From positions 10,944 to 74,943 of the forward strand of contig DATHZN010000083.1 of NCBI GenBank assembly GCA_035458585.1: a stretch of DNA of 64,000 nucleotides, in the 5' to 3' direction. Origin of the DNA: Marinobacterium sp. (GTDB lineage: Bacteria > Pseudomonadota > Gammaproteobacteria > Pseudomonadales > Balneatricaceae). Within the stretch, counting starts at the first letter, position 1. Each line of letters starts with the position of its first letter. The position numbers and the translations under genes are program-made. Positions 1 through 11,089 of this stretch are shown one piece after another. The notes below the pieces were generated by a model. It was given only the letters and a program-made list of their open reading frames with translations, searched no databases and had not been told where the DNA came from.

Positions 1-1
1 A

Positions 2-3000
2 GCCCCAGCGCTTTCAGCCTTCCGCCACGCTAAATTGCTTGCCAACGTTCAAGCGCAGGTAGCGACCGTCACCGACCTTTATGCTGAGTATGTTCACTTC
101 GTTGAAGTGCGCGCCGATCTCAGTGCTCAGGAGTCGGAGGTGCTTGGTCGTCTTCTACGTTATGGGCCGAAGGCGGAGGTTAAAGAGCCCACTGGGAAGT
201 TACAACTGGTTGTGCCCCGTCCGGGAACGATCTCTCCATGGTCCAGTAAAGCAACTGATATCGCCCATAATTGCGGATTGGATTCAGTTATCCGTCTGGA
301 GCGCGGTATTGCCTACTACATCAACAGCTCTTCATCGCTAACAGCTTCTGAGTTAAGCACCATAGCAGCGCAACTGCATGACCGTATGGTTGAGGTAGTA
401 TTCAACGACCTACAGCAGGGCGGCACGCTGTTCAGTCATGAGCAGCCGCGAGCCATGTCGCGGGTGGAAATTCTTACGGGGGGACGCCCTGCACTTGAGG
501 CAGCCAACCGCAGCCTCGGCCTTGCGCTGGCTGAAGATGAGATTGATTATCTGGTACAGGCTTTCCAGGATCTTGGCCGAGATCCAAGCGACGTAGAGTT
601 GATGATGTTTGCTCAGGCCAACTCTGAGCACTGCCGCCACAAAATTTTCAATGCCTCATGGGATATCGACGGAGAAGAGCAGCAGAAATCGCTATTTGGC
701 ATGATCAAAAATACATACGAGATGGCTGGTGACCGCGTGCTTTCTGCTTACAAGGATAATGCCGCCGTGATCGAGGGTGCCGTTGCTGATCGCTTCTTCC
801 CGAACCCCGAATCTAAGACGTACGGCTTCAGTCACGAGCCTGTGCATATTCTGATGAAGGTTGAGACACACAACCACCCGACTGCGATCGCGCCGTTCTC
901 AGGTGCTGCGACTGGCTCAGGTGGGGAAATTCGTGACGAGGGTGCTACAGGTCGCGGCGCTAAGCCAAAGGCGGGTCTGACCGGTTTTACCGTCTCCGAT
1001 CTTAACATACCTGGCTTCGAGCAGCCTTGGGAGTCTAAGTACGGTAAGCCAGAGCGTATTGTCTCGGCACTCGATATTATGATCGATGGCCCAATCGGTG
1101 GTGCTGCTTTTAACAACGAATTTGGCCGCCCCAACCTCAATGGCTACTTCCGTACGTTCGAGCAGAAGGTAAACGGCGCCAACGGCAACGAGGTGCGTGG
1201 CTACCACAAACCGATCATGCTGGCCGGCGGTATGGGTAACATTCGTGCTGATCATGTAGAGAAAGGCGAGATTGAAGTAGGCGCTAAACTGATCTGTCTT
1301 GGCGGTCCTGCGATGCTAATAGGTCTGGGTGGCGGCGCTGCCTCTTCCATGGCTTCGGGTAGCTCTTCAGCGGATTTGGACTTTGCATCTGTGCAGCGTG
1401 GAAACCCCGAGATGGAGCGTCGTTGTCAGGAGGTTATTGATCAGTGCTGGCAGTTGGGTGAGGCTAACCCTATCGCGTTTATTCACGACGTTGGTGCGGG
1501 TGGTCTATCGAACGCCTTCCCAGAGTTGGTTAAAGATGGTGGCCGTGGCGGTGATTTTGAACTGCGCAAGGTCAACAACGACGAGCCGGGAATGGCGCCG
1601 CTGGAGATCTGGTGTAATGAGGCGCAGGAACGCTACGTTATGGCCGTCTCACCTGAGAATCTCGCCCGCTTCGAAGCGATTTGTGAACGTGAGCGCTGTC
1701 CGTATGCCATAGTCGGTACCGCTACTGAAGATCATCATTTGACGTTGGGTGATACGCATTTCGAAAACAAGCCGGTTGATCTGCCGATGTCTGTGCTGTT
1801 CGGAAAGCCCCCTAAGATGCACCGTTCCGTTACTCGAGCTGCTTATGAAGTGAGTGCGTTTGACTGCTCTAAAATTGAGTTGGCAGACGCTGTTGAGCGT
1901 GTACTGAAGCTCCCAGCGGTCGCCTCAAAATCATTCTTAATCACGATTGGCGATCGCTCAATCACCGGTCAGGTCGTGCGTGATCAGATGGTGGGCCCTT
2001 GGCAGGTACCGGTGGCCGATTGTGCGGTTACCTCGACAGGCTTCAATGGTTATACCGGTGAAGCGATGGCAATGGGCGAGCGCACACCGCTGGCGCTGGT
2101 GGACGGCCCTGCGTCAGGTCGTATGGCTATTGGTGAAACACTAACCAATCTGGCGGGTACACCGATTAGCGCCATCCAGGACATTAAACTCTCGGCAAAC
2201 TGGATGTGTGCTGCTGGCCACCCTGGTGAGGATGAAAAACTTTACGACACGGTTCGCGCCGTGGGGATGGAACTCTGCCCGCAACTCGGTATCACCATTC
2301 CTGTGGGTAAGGACTCCATGTCGATGCGCACAGTTTGGCAGGATGGAGATGAGCAGAAAAGCGTAACTGCGCCACTGTCATTGGTGATCTCTGGTTTCGC
2401 ACCAGTGACTGATGTGCGCAAGGTATTGACGCCACAACTGCGGACTGACCTTGGCGAGACAGATCTGATCCTGCTGGATCTTGGGGCAGGTCAGAATCGA
2501 GTGGGCCTCTCTGCTCTGGCCCAGGTCTACAACGAAGTAGGCCAAAGTGTACCTGACCTCGATGATGTAGATACATTCGCGACCTTCTTCGCTGCTGTGC
2601 AAGAGTTGAACAACCAGGGGCTTTTACTGGCGTACCATGACCGAGCTGATGGTGGTCTGTTAGCTACGCTTGCGGAGATGGCCTTTGCCGGTCGCACCGG
2701 GCTGGATATCAGCCTCGACCTCATCGCCCAAGATAGGTCTGATGTGGTCGCAGCGTTGTTCAACGAAGAGTTGGGCGCGGTTATTCAGGTTAAGCGCGAG
2801 CATACCGAGCAGGTGCTAACCGAGCTCTCTGCTGCTGGTCTGGGCGACATCGCATCAGTGATCGGCTCGCCAAATCCAGATGACTGTCTGACACTTAGCT
2901 TCGACGATGAGGAGATCTACTCTGAGCGTCGTGTAGTCTTGCAGCGCTGGTGGGCGGAGACCTCTTACCGGATTCAGTCTCTGCGTGATAACTCTGAGTG

Positions 3001-3886
3001 CGCACAGCAGGAGTTCGACACACTGTTGGATGCTGAGGATCCGGGTCTAAATGTGGCGCTAAGTTTTGACCAGAATTTAGATGTTGCAGCACCCTATATA
3101 ACGACGGGCATACGCCCGCAGATGGCGATTCTGCGTGAGCAGGGTGTGAACGGTCAGATTGAAATGGCAGCTGCTTTTGATCGTGCTGGTTTCAACGCTG
3201 TTGATGTGCACATGAGTGACATCCTCAGCGGTCGGGTATCACTCGATCAGTTTAAAGGACTCGTTGCCTGCGGCGGTTTCTCGTACGGCGACGTACTAGG
3301 CGCCGGTGAGGGGTGGGCCAAATCGGTACTTTTCAACCCACGTGCACGTGAGCAGTTCAGTCAGTTTTTTGAACGTGAAGACAGCTTTGCCCTAGGTGTT
3401 TGTAACGGCTGCCAGATGCTATCTAACTTACATGAATTGATTCCTGGTGCTGACCTCTGGCCGCACTTTGTGCGCAACAACTCTGAACAATTTGAAGCAC
3501 GTGTTGCTATGGTGGAGATACAGAAATCGGATTCACTCTTCTTCGATGGTATGGCGGGTTCACGTATGCCAATTGCTGTCGCACATGGAGAGGGGCGTGC
3601 GGAGTTCACTGATCAAACTCACCTTGCTAATCTATCCGGCTCAGACACGATCGCTCTAAGATTCGTAAACAATCGTGGCGAGGCAACAGAGCACTATCCC
3701 GCTAATCCGAATGGTTCCCCAAGCGGTATTACGGGCGTCACCACTCGCGACGGTCGTGTCACCATTATGATGCCGCATCCTGAACGTGTATTCCGGGCTG
3801 TCCAGAACTCCTGGGCGCCAGATGAGTGGTCAGAGGATGGCGCTTGGATGAGAATGTTCCGCAATGCGCGTAAATGGGTCGGCTAA
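2..3886 (+). CDS. purL: Phosphoribosylformylglycinamidine synthase (large PurL), 5' end truncated by the window
   Basis: Frame is open from base 2 ([13 protein letters not shown], matching the PurL N-terminus); [33 protein letters not shown] and MMPHPER motifs. Confidence 0.98.
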   Translation, partial: APALSAFRHAKLLANVQAQVATVTDLYAEYVHFVEVRADLSAQESEVLGRLLRYGPKAEVKEPTGKLQLVVPRPGTISPWSSKATDIAHNCGLDSVIRLERGIAYYINSSSSLTASELSTIAAQLHDRMVEVVFNDLQQGGTLFSHEQPRAMSRVEILTGGRPALEAANRSLGLALAEDEIDYLVQAFQDLGRDPSDVELMMFAQANSEHCRHKIFNASWDIDGEEQQKSLFGMIKNTYEMAGDRVLSAYKDNAAVIEGAVADRFFPNPESKTYGFSHEPVHILMKVETHNHPTAIAPFSGAATGSGGEIRDEGATGRGAKPKAGLTGFTVSDLNIPGFEQPWESKYGKPERIVSALDIMIDGPIGGAAFNNEFGRPNLNGYFRTFEQKVNGANGNEVRGYHKPIMLAGGMGNIRADHVEKGEIEVGAKLICLGGPAMLIGLGGGAASSMASGSSSADLDFASVQRGNPEMERRCQEVIDQCWQLGEANPIAFIHDVGAGGLSNAFPELVKDGGRGGDFELRKVNNDEPGMAPLEIWCNEAQERYVMAVSPENLARFEAICERERCPYAIVGTATEDHHLTLGDTHFENKPVDLPMSVLFGKPPKMHRSVTRAAYEVSAFDCSKIELADAVERVLKLPAVASKSFLITIGDRSITGQVVRDQMVGPWQVPVADCAVTSTGFNGYTGEAMAMGERTPLALVDGPASGRMAIGETLTNLAGTPISAIQDIKLSANWMCAAGHPGEDEKLYDTVRAVGMELCPQLGITIPVGKDSMSMRTVWQDGDEQKSVTAPLSLVISGFAPVTDVRKVLTPQLRTDLGETDLILLDLGAGQNRVGLSALAQVYNEVGQSVPDLDDVDTFATFFAAVQELNNQGLLLAYHDRADGGLLATLAEMAFAGRTGLDISLDLIAQDRSDVVAALFNEELGAVIQVKREHTEQVLTELSAAGLGDIASVIGSPNPDDCLTLSFDDEEIYSERRVVLQRWWAETSYRIQSLRDNSECAQQEFDTLLDAEDPGLNVALSFDQNLDVAAPYITTGIRPQMAILREQGVNGQIEMAAAFDRAGFNAVDVHMSDILSGRVSLDQFKGLVACGGFSYGDVLGAGEGWAKSVLFNPRAREQFSQFFEREDSFALGVCNGCQMLSNLHELIPGADLWPHFVRNNSEQFEARVAMVEIQKSDSLFFDGMAGSRMPIAVAHGEGRAEFTDQTHLANLSGSDTIALRFVNNRGEATEHYPANPNGSPSGITGVTTRDGRVTIMMPHPERVFRAVQNSWAPDEWSEDGAWMRMFRNARKWVG

Positions 3887-3908
3887 CTCAGGCCATATAA
3901 GTTAGCTG

Positions 3909-3946
3909 AAAACGGCGATTAAGGGAGACTTAATCGCCGTTTTTTT
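3909..3946 (+). terminator. Intrinsic terminator of purL
   Basis: AAAACGGCGATTAAG-ggaga-CTTAATCGCCGTTTT perfect stem followed by a T run. Confidence 0.9.
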
Positions 3947-4030
3947 ATCTGAATGCCCTTTCAGGTTGAGGGGAGATAACTCCTTGTACAGCAGTGTTGA
4001 ATTAGAAAAATACAGTACATCCGATGCCGC

Positions 4031-5011
4031 TCATGTGTGATCGGGCGAAGCGCTGCGCCCCAGACGATCATTGATCGCCAGCCAGGCTGGAGTGGTAGGT
4101 GGCTGTTCAACTCTGATAGAACTCAATCCGGCGCGGTCGAGGCTAAACAGTGCGTAGTATATCTCTCGGGCATATGAAGCTGGCTCTGCATCAAGCTCAA
4201 TTAAATTGGTCACACTTCGTTTTGTCAGTATCTTTCGGAGCGCGTCCGAATAGACGATAAAACCGGTCTCTTCGATCTTCTCATCTGCCAGAGTCGCGAG
4301 TGACTCAGCGCTATCAAGAAAAACCGGCGTGCGCGGTTGATAATGGGCCTGAACGTTTCCCGGAACTACCTCTGAGTGTCTCTCGGGGACAAGCACCGGT
4401 TTGCCCAGTATGGCCTCTAGCTGTGCGGCGGTGATAGGCCCTGCACGCAGTACTCGATATGGCTGGCTGCTCATGTCTACAATGGTGGACTCGATGCCGC
4501 GACTACAACTGCCGCCGTCTAATACCGCTTCGATACGTCCGTCTAACTGATCGACCACCTGTTCAGCGCAGGTCGGGCTTAAACCCTTGTAGCGATTGGC
4601 AGAAGGTGCGGCAAGTCCAATGTCCAGCTCCCTGAGAATTCTTAGGAAAAGCGGGTGCTCGGGGACTCTAAGTCCCAAGGTTGGTAAACCAGCCGATGCT
4701 GGAGTATTGATATCAGGTCGTTTGGGTAGAATCAGTGTTAAAGGACCCGGCCAGAATGCACTTGCCAGTCGTTGCACGTCATCAGTAATCGGGTCAGCCC
4801 AACGCTGCAGATGCTCCGCTGAGGGAATATGGATAATTAAAGGGTGGTTTTCCGGACGGCCTTTAGCCGTGAAAATACGTCTCACCGCCTCTGAGTTGCT
4901 GGCATCGGCCGCTAATCCATAAACAGTTTCGGTGGGAAGCGCAACACATCCCCCGGCGCTTAATTGCGCTTTTGCTACTGATATACCGGACTCACCCTGT
5001 AAAACATCCAT
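4031..5011 (-). CDS. sua5: L-threonylcarbamoyladenylate synthase, long Sua5 form (YrdC domain plus SUA5 C-terminal domain)
   Basis: PTETVYGL, KGRPENHPLI, PSAN, GIESTIVD and PG..HYQP motifs; ATG at 5011 with AGAGG upstream. Confidence 0.92.
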   Translation of the reverse strand: MDVLQGESGISVAKAQLSAGGCVALPTETVYGLAADASNSEAVRRIFTAKGRPENHPLIIHIPSAEHLQRWADPITDDVQRLASAFWPGPLTLILPKRPDINTPASAGLPTLGLRVPEHPLFLRILRELDIGLAAPSANRYKGLSPTCAEQVVDQLDGRIEAVLDGGSCSRGIESTIVDMSSQPYRVLRAGPITAAQLEAILGKPVLVPERHSEVVPGNVQAHYQPRTPVFLDSAESLATLADEKIEETGFIVYSDALRKILTKRSVTNLIELDAEPASYAREIYYALFSLDRAGLSSIRVEQPPTTPAWLAINDRLGRSASPDHT

Positions 5012-5121
5012 GGCGTCGTGATTTCCTCTGAGTGACAGTTTCAACTGCAGCTGCAATGAACAATGCGGCCACTGGACGCGATTGTAAGCCCAGAAAGAGC
5101 AGCCGCCTAGTCAGGAAGCGG

Positions 5122-5544
5122 CTAGGGTCGAACGTAGATGTACCCCTGCTGCTGGAGTTTTACAATCTCAGGAAGACCTGCCATGACGACGTCATCATCG
5201 GAGACGTCGTATAGATCTGCATTGGTGATCTGGTACCCGGTCAGCGTATTACCACAAATTAAAAACTGGACGCCGCTGAGGCGGGCTGAGTCCAAACTGA
5301 TTTGGAGTTCATGATCCCCGACGGCTTGCATAAAGATCTCGATCGCTTCCCCATGAACCATAGCCTTGAGATCAATATTCTCCTCCCCGACAGCGTTAAT
5401 ATGATTTGCCATATTGGAGAGGGTATTGTTAAAGCGCGTCATATCGGCATAGTTTATGTGATAAATCACCTTCTGCGGTTCATAGTCAGATGCTGAGCTG
5501 ACTGAGACCTGCAGCAATAGAATCAGACTGAAGATATAACGCAT
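5122..5544 (-). CDS. Exported DsrE-family protein
   Basis: Signal peptide MRYIFSLILLLQVSVSSA; KVIYHIN, MVHGEA, ICGNT and KLQQQGYIYVRP motifs. Confidence 0.8.
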   Translation of the reverse strand: MRYIFSLILLLQVSVSSASDYEPQKVIYHINYADMTRFNNTLSNMANHINAVGEENIDLKAMVHGEAIEIFMQAVGDHELQISLDSARLSGVQFLICGNTLTGYQITNADLYDVSDDDVVMAGLPEIVKLQQQGYIYVRP

Positions 5545-5563
5545 GATTTCACCCTCTTTCAGC

Positions 5564-5590
5564 AAATAAAAAGCCGGCGTTAGCCGGCTT
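5564..5590 (-). terminator. Intrinsic terminator after the OmpA-family gene
   Basis: On the minus strand AAGCCGGC-taac-GCCGGCTT followed by TTTATTT. Confidence 0.8.
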
Positions 5591-5610
5591 CTAGTCAAAC
5601 AGACGGCGGC

Positions 5611-6201
5611 TTATTCGTAAACGATTTTGCCAACAGTGCTGTTTACGGTTACGTCAACGCGACGGTCCGGACGCAGACAGGCGATTAGCTGAGCACCCGA
5701 ACCTGTACAGTTCGCTACTGGAGCGTTTTCACCCATAGCGCTGGTGTTGATCTTGTCAGCGGCTACACCGCCTTCAACCAGCTTAGCTGCTACTGCATCT
5801 GCACGACGCTGGGACAACGCAAAGTTGTAACCTGCATCACCCAGTGGATCTGCGTGACCCACGAGGTCAACTGAATTCAGTGTCTGCTGTGAGTTAATGT
5901 ATTCAACAATGTTGCTTACACGGCCTACGACAGTGCTGTCGAAGTCAAAGTAGAGCGCATACGTTTTTGTCATCTCTTCTGTCAGATACTTAGGAGCAGC
6001 TTCTGCAGCGGCTTCGCCACCACACTCAGGTGCAACATAGTCTGCAGTCCAGTTAGGCGTTTTCCAGCAATCGCCTGAACCGTTAGTGATAACATAACCG
6101 TCTGTAGCATGAGTGGCATAACCAGGCTTATCGCCGTGAGCCATGGCTGCTGTAGAGCCGATCATCAGGGCTAGGCTGGCAGCAAAAGCAAGTTTCTTCA
6201 T
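5611..6201 (-). CDS. OmpA-family peptidoglycan-binding protein (RmpM-like, no beta-barrel)
   Basis: Signal peptide; NGSGDCWKT..W; FDFDS, GHADPLG, N..LSQRRA, RRVDV. Confidence 0.9.
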   Translation of the reverse strand: MKKLAFAASLALMIGSTAAMAHGDKPGYATHATDGYVITNGSGDCWKTPNWTADYVAPECGGEAAAEAAPKYLTEEMTKTYALYFDFDSTVVGRVSNIVEYINSQQTLNSVDLVGHADPLGDAGYNFALSQRRADAVAAKLVEGGVAADKINTSAMGENAPVANCTGSGAQLIACLRPDRRVDVTVNSTVGKIVYE

Positions 6202-6321
6202 GTTTTGAGTTCCTTTTTACAATTAGTCAGGACCAAGGATACAACTCTAGGTGTAGCCTATTAGACAATGTTTTTCCTTAATCGTGCCTAAACAATAGCT
6301 CAAATATGAAAAATTTGTAGT

Positions 6322-6621
6322 TCAAGGTAAAACTTTTTTGAATGGTTTTACGATCACCTGCTGATACACACCCGCGGCGATGTATGGATCAGCATCTGCC
6401 CAAGCTTGCGCATCCTCAAGTGAGTCGAACTCGGCAACGATCAAGCTGCCTGAAAAGCCCGCTTCACCCGGCTCTTCGGTATCAATTGCGGGGTGAGGCC
6501 CTGCAATTAATAGTCTGCCCTGTTCGGTCAACTGCTTAAGACGGTCGACGTGTGCTGGGCGCACCGACAGGCGCTTCTCCAGTGAATTTGGCACGTCTTC
6601 AGAGATAATAGCGTAGTACAT
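6322..6621 (-). CDS. yciI: YciI family protein
   Basis: [15 protein letters not shown] and DPY motifs; adjacent to yciB. Confidence 0.93.
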   Translation of the reverse strand: MYYAIISEDVPNSLEKRLSVRPAHVDRLKQLTEQGRLLIAGPHPAIDTEEPGEAGFSGSLIVAEFDSLEDAQAWADADPYIAAGVYQQVIVKPFKKVLP

Positions 6622-7172
6622 CAGTTTCCAGCCTCCTGTTCAGGCTCTTTGGCATGGCGGGAAATATAGAACCCCTGTGCCACAATAAAGACTAAGGTGA
6701 GCCCCAGCATGCCGAACAGCTTGAAGTTTACCCAAGTCTCCTCACTAAAGTTATATGCAACGTAGAGGTTGATGAACCCCAGCAAGAGAAAAAAGATCAC
6801 CCAGATAAGATTGAGCTTGCGCCAGATTCGCCTCTCCATCTCAATGCTGCTTCCCATCAAGCGCTCAACGACCGTTTTGTTACCGATAAACTGAGTCCCC
6901 AGAAAGCCCAACGCGAACATCCAGTTAACCACCGTAGGTTTCCACTGGATGAAAGCCTTATCCTGAAACATGAGGGTTGCACCCCCAAGCAGGACCACCA
7001 AAGCCAGTGTAATTAGCTGCATATTCTCTATTTTGCGCTGCACCTTCCAGGTGTAGAGCATCTGCAAAATGGTTGCAGGTATCAGAACAGCGGTCGCGAT
7101 CAGAATATCGTTGGTATACTTGTAAACAGCGAAAAAGACGATAACTGGTAAAAAATCGAGTAATATTTTCAT
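6621..7172 (-). CDS. yciB: Inner membrane protein YciB (intracellular septation protein A)
   Basis: LLDFLP, FIQWKPT and WVNFKLFG motifs. Confidence 0.95.
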   Translation of the reverse strand: MKILLDFLPVIVFFAVYKYTNDILIATAVLIPATILQMLYTWKVQRKIENMQLITLALVVLLGGATLMFQDKAFIQWKPTVVNWMFALGFLGTQFIGNKTVVERLMGSSIEMERRIWRKLNLIWVIFFLLLGFINLYVAYNFSEETWVNFKLFGMLGLTLVFIVAQGFYISRHAKEPEQEAGN

Positions 7173-7235
7173 TAGAGAGTCTCAGCGAATGTGTGGCATG
7201 AGTATAAAAGTTTGTAACATCAGAGTGAAATCTAC

Positions 7236-8081
7236 ATGAACGCCAATTTGCGCTTCGATCTGCATATGCATAGCAATATGTCAGATGGCGCGCTGGCGCC
7301 GGCAGAGCTGATGCAGCGTGCAGCGGATGCCGGGGTAGAGCTATTAGCCTTAACTGATCACGATACTATCGTCGGTCTGGCTGAGGCACGTGCTGCAGCA
7401 GAAACTTTGGGTATGCTGTTTGTTAATGGCGTCGAGCTCACCGCGGAATGGCGCGGTCGTGTGGTGCATCTGGTAGGCCTTAACTTTGACGCTTCTGCAC
7501 CAGGCTTCGATAAGTATATGCGGAATCTGATGCAACTGCGTGATCAACGCGCTCATGAGATTGCTCGCAAACTCTATAAGAGAGGGTTGCCCGAAAACCT
7601 CTACGAACTTGCCCGAGCGCATGCGGGTGATAGTCAGATTGGACGTCCTCACTTTGCTAAAGCGCTAATAGAACTGGATAAAGTCAGTTCAATGCAGGAG
7701 GCGTTCGATCGTTACCTCGGGCAGGGGACGCCTGGCGATGTTAAAGCTACCTGGCCCAGTTACTCCGAGGCAATTGAACTCATCAGCAGCGCCGGCGGAA
7801 TCGTGGTGCTCGCGCACCCGACTAAGTACAACTTCACCTTCACTAAAATTCGTGAGCTGATGACTGACCTGCTGGCGGCAGGTGCTGTTGGTCTAGAGGT
7901 CAGTTTTCCCGGTGTTACGCCCGGGCATCAACATGAGCTGATTAAATTTGCGCAACAGCGTCAATGTTATGTTTCAGCCGGTAGTGATTTTCATTCTCCG
8001 GATCAACGATGGACCTCGTTGGGGCGTTATCCGGAATTTCATGCAGAGCGCCTGATAGTCGAGCGCCTGACCGCAGCCTAA
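7236..8081 (+). CDS. yciV: PHP-domain nuclease (YciV/TrpH/RNase AM family)
   Basis: DLHMHS..SDG, LTDHDT, GRPHFA, LAHP, GSDFH; upstream of yciO. Confidence 0.88.
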   Translation: MNANLRFDLHMHSNMSDGALAPAELMQRAADAGVELLALTDHDTIVGLAEARAAAETLGMLFVNGVELTAEWRGRVVHLVGLNFDASAPGFDKYMRNLMQLRDQRAHEIARKLYKRGLPENLYELARAHAGDSQIGRPHFAKALIELDKVSSMQEAFDRYLGQGTPGDVKATWPSYSEAIELISSAGGIVVLAHPTKYNFTFTKIRELMTDLLAAGAVGLEVSFPGVTPGHQHELIKFAQQRQCYVSAGSDFHSPDQRWTSLGRYPEFHAERLIVERLTAA

Positions 8082-8090
8082 GGAGGCAGT

Positions 8091-8708
8091 GTGAGTCAAT
8101 TTTTTCAAATCCATCCCGATAATCCACAGAAACGATTAATACGACAGGCAGTGGAGATCATCAATCAGGGTGGTGTTGTGGTGTATCCGACGGACTCTGC
8201 CTATGCGCTGGGATGTCATCTCGGTGACAAGCGGGCGATGGAGCGTATTCAGCGTATCCGTCAGTTGGATGATAAACACAACTTCACGCTGGTATGTCGT
8301 GATCTATCGGAGATAGCGACCTATGCCAAGCTGGGTAACTCAGTGTTCCGATTCATCAAAGCGCACACGCCGGGTGCTTACACCTATATTTTGAATGCAA
8401 CAACTGAGGTGCCTCGACGTCTGATGCATCCCAAACGCCGGACCATCGGAATTAGAGTACCCAATAACGCTATCGCGCTGGCCCTGGCTGAAGAGCTAGG
8501 TGAGCCGATTATGAGTACCTCACTGATACTGCCCGGTGATGACCTGCCACTGACTGATCCCTACGATATTCGGGATTTGCTGCAATCTCAGGTCGATCTC
8601 ATCATCGATGGAGGCTACTGCGGAATGGAGGCGACAACCGTGGTCGATTTAACCGAGGATGAGGTCCGGATTGTCAGGGAGGGTGCTGGGCCTACCAATA
8701 GCTTCTGA
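8091..8708 (+). CDS. yciO: YciO (Sua5/YciO/YrdC family)
   Basis: MSQFFQIHPDNPQ and YPTDSAYALGC N-terminus; lacks the KxR and SAN motifs of TsaC. Confidence 0.93.
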   Translation: MSQFFQIHPDNPQKRLIRQAVEIINQGGVVVYPTDSAYALGCHLGDKRAMERIQRIRQLDDKHNFTLVCRDLSEIATYAKLGNSVFRFIKAHTPGAYTYILNATTEVPRRLMHPKRRTIGIRVPNNAIALALAEELGEPIMSTSLILPGDDLPLTDPYDIRDLLQSQVDLIIDGGYCGMEATTVVDLTEDEVRIVREGAGPTNSF

Positions 8709-8852
8709 TTAATGATGTCGTGAATGTCGTATTCTTCACTATTGCCCTTCTGCCTATGATGAGATGAATTAATATCCATCGACGTGCTGGGCTAAAATGC
8801 TAAATTTGCAGCAGGCTTTTTAACATTTCGGCGCGGCAATCAGGAGGTCAGC

Positions 8853-10094
8853 ATGAGTGCAAACGCTCAGGCTCGTCCAAGAATTCTATTTTGCGACCCA
8901 TCGGGCTCTTTTCTTCGTTGGGCTGAAGAGGTCAGTGGCGCGGGAGCCAGCTGGGATATTGATCGCGTTGATCATCTGCAGTCAGGGCTGCAGATGCTCG
9001 CCTCACGCCATTTCGATGCGGTGGTAGTGGCTGCGCCCGCCAGCCCTGAACGTGAACTCAGCTATCTGCGTCAGTTGATGCAGGCAGCTCCGAACTGCGT
9101 CCGTATTCTCTACACACCCGTGCTTTCGGCTGCCTATCTCGCAAAGGCTCTGGATGTTGTCCATCGTGTCTGCCTGAACTCGAATACGCGTGAGGAGACG
9201 GTTGCTCTGATCGATCAGGCTGTCGCATCGAATAGGCAGTTATCACATGAGAGCGTCCGTCGCTCCATGGCTGCCTTCAAACAGCTACCATCGCCGCCAT
9301 CCATCTTTCACGAGCTGACTCGACAGCTTAACTCCGAGCGTACCACCTCCCAGCACATTGCGGGTGTGGTCGCGAAAGACCCAGCCCTGACCGCCCGTTT
9401 GCTGCGTATTGTCAATTCGAGCTATTTTGGCTTACGCCAGCCTGTTAGCAATATTCAGCAGGCTGTGACGTTGATAGGTACGAGGACCTTGCGTGGACTC
9501 GCTCTGGCAGGGCATTTTGGAAGCCACTACAAACAGGCCAAGGAGTGGAACCTTTTCTCCCTTGAGGCTTTGCAGGCCCGCTCTTTAATGGTGGCTCGAC
9601 TGTCTCAGGCATTGGCGAAGGCAGCCGGCGGAGACGCGATGCTGAGAGATCAGGCGTTTTTGGCGGGTCTTTTGCTGGATGTTGGTATGGTGATGCTTGC
9701 AAACGAGCAGTCCCAGAGCTACGCCAAGATATTTGGTTATGCAGCTAAGCACAACAAACCGCTGGCTCAGGTGGAGCTGAAGGCCTTCGGTGTAACCCAT
9801 GCCCAGTTGGCTGCCAACCTTTTGACACAGTGGAACCTGCCACCAATGGTCGTTGATGCTGTGCTATACCACCATGATCCTGCTGGCTACTTTCAGAAAG
9901 GCCTATCACCCACTGCCATCGCCCATGTCGCTGATGCGCTTCTACCGCCGTTGGATTCGAGACTCAATCTACGAATTAATGCTGAAATAGACATCGATTT
10001 TCTAGCGCGCGCAGAGCTCGATCAATACCTGCCTAAATGGAAAATGGAGGCGAATGGATTTCGTCTACAGTCTGAAAGAAGTGCGACGAGCTAA
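8853..10094 (+). CDS. HDOD-domain protein with N-terminal receiver-like domain
   Basis: LPSPP, DPALTARLLRIVNSSYFG, AFLAGLLLDVG, THAQLAANLL..WNLP, YHHDP. Confidence 0.85.
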   Translation: MSANAQARPRILFCDPSGSFLRWAEEVSGAGASWDIDRVDHLQSGLQMLASRHFDAVVVAAPASPERELSYLRQLMQAAPNCVRILYTPVLSAAYLAKALDVVHRVCLNSNTREETVALIDQAVASNRQLSHESVRRSMAAFKQLPSPPSIFHELTRQLNSERTTSQHIAGVVAKDPALTARLLRIVNSSYFGLRQPVSNIQQAVTLIGTRTLRGLALAGHFGSHYKQAKEWNLFSLEALQARSLMVARLSQALAKAAGGDAMLRDQAFLAGLLLDVGMVMLANEQSQSYAKIFGYAAKHNKPLAQVELKAFGVTHAQLAANLLTQWNLPPMVVDAVLYHHDPAGYFQKGLSPTAIAHVADALLPPLDSRLNLRINAEIDIDFLARAELDQYLPKWKMEANGFRLQSERSATS

Positions 10095-10990
10095 GTCTGT
10101 GCCCGGCGCCTGCACTCTGCTTTAAGTGCACTTTTAATGCACTGTGCCAGACGTCGTACGCCGGTGGTTGCATACTCTCCATCCGTCAGAATGAGATAGA
10201 GTTCAGCACTGCGTCGTGCGCCCTCTGAGAGATTGAGTGGTTTGAGCAGGCCCTGATCAATCTGCTGGCGCACCTTCAATTCAGGCAGCCAGGCAAACCC
10301 AAACCCCGCGACGGCCGCCTGTATGGACAGTTCAGGACTGTCGAAACTCCAGCGTTGATAGGCGCCGAGCCAACCGGCGTCGAGATTGCGTTGCCCAGAA
10401 TCCTTCACCACCAACTGGCGGTATTGTCGGAGACTTTCCAGATCAAGTGGTGCGGTTGTTTGGTTCAGCGGGTGTGTTGCCGCGGCCACTGCAACAAAGT
10501 CAACCGCCAGCAGTGCCTCACCCGTGTGCCCCGGCGGTACACGCCCCCCGATGACCATATCTACTTTGCGTTGCAGAAGGGCCTCCTCTGTGCCTGATAG
10601 AACTGACTGACGTAACTCGATACGAGTTTGTGGTTGTAGTTCTGCGAACTCTGCCAAGGCATCGAAGACAACGGCCTCCGGAAAGATCGCCTCCACAGAG
10701 AGTCGAATCAAGGGTTCTGTCCCCTGGCCGTAATGCTTTGCGAGCTCTTCGGTCAGTTCAGCGCGATTCAGAAGATCACGCGCGTGTCGCACCAAGACTT
10801 CCCCGGTATCAGTCAATTTTGCCTTGCGCCCATCCAGCTTAAACAGGCTGACGCCCAGTTGGTCTTCAATTTTTTGGATAGCATAACTGAGAGTCGACTG
10901 GCTCTTACGCAAGGCCTCGGCGCCTTGGGCGTAACCACCGTGGTCGACGACAGCAATCAGGGCCTGCCACTGTTCGAGTGTAATATTCAT
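10091..10990 (-). CDS. LysR-family transcriptional regulator
   Basis: N-terminal HTH (QSTLSYAIQKIEDQLGVSLF); divergent from azoR-pirin. Confidence 0.93.
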   Translation of the reverse strand: MNITLEQWQALIAVVDHGGYAQGAEALRKSQSTLSYAIQKIEDQLGVSLFKLDGRKAKLTDTGEVLVRHARDLLNRAELTEELAKHYGQGTEPLIRLSVEAIFPEAVVFDALAEFAELQPQTRIELRQSVLSGTEEALLQRKVDMVIGGRVPPGHTGEALLAVDFVAVAAATHPLNQTTAPLDLESLRQYRQLVVKDSGQRNLDAGWLGAYQRWSFDSPELSIQAAVAGFGFAWLPELKVRQQIDQGLLKPLNLSEGARRSAELYLILTDGEYATTGVRRLAQCIKSALKAECRRRAQT

Positions 10991-10992
10991 GT

Positions 10993-11050
10993 ATCTAAAA
11001 TTTCGATATAAATGAGTGATAAATGTCTATTTATTATCGATAGCTTAGAT
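10993..11050. promoter_or_regulatory. Pair of ATC-N9-GAT (T-N11-A) boxes, probable LysR operators
   Basis: ATCTAAAATTTCGAT (10993-11007) and ATCGATAGCTTAGAT (11036-11050) are 12/15 inverted copies of each other. Confidence 0.6.
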
Positions 11051-11089
11051 CAAATAATAGTGACATGTGAAATCAATCCGGAGAAAACT

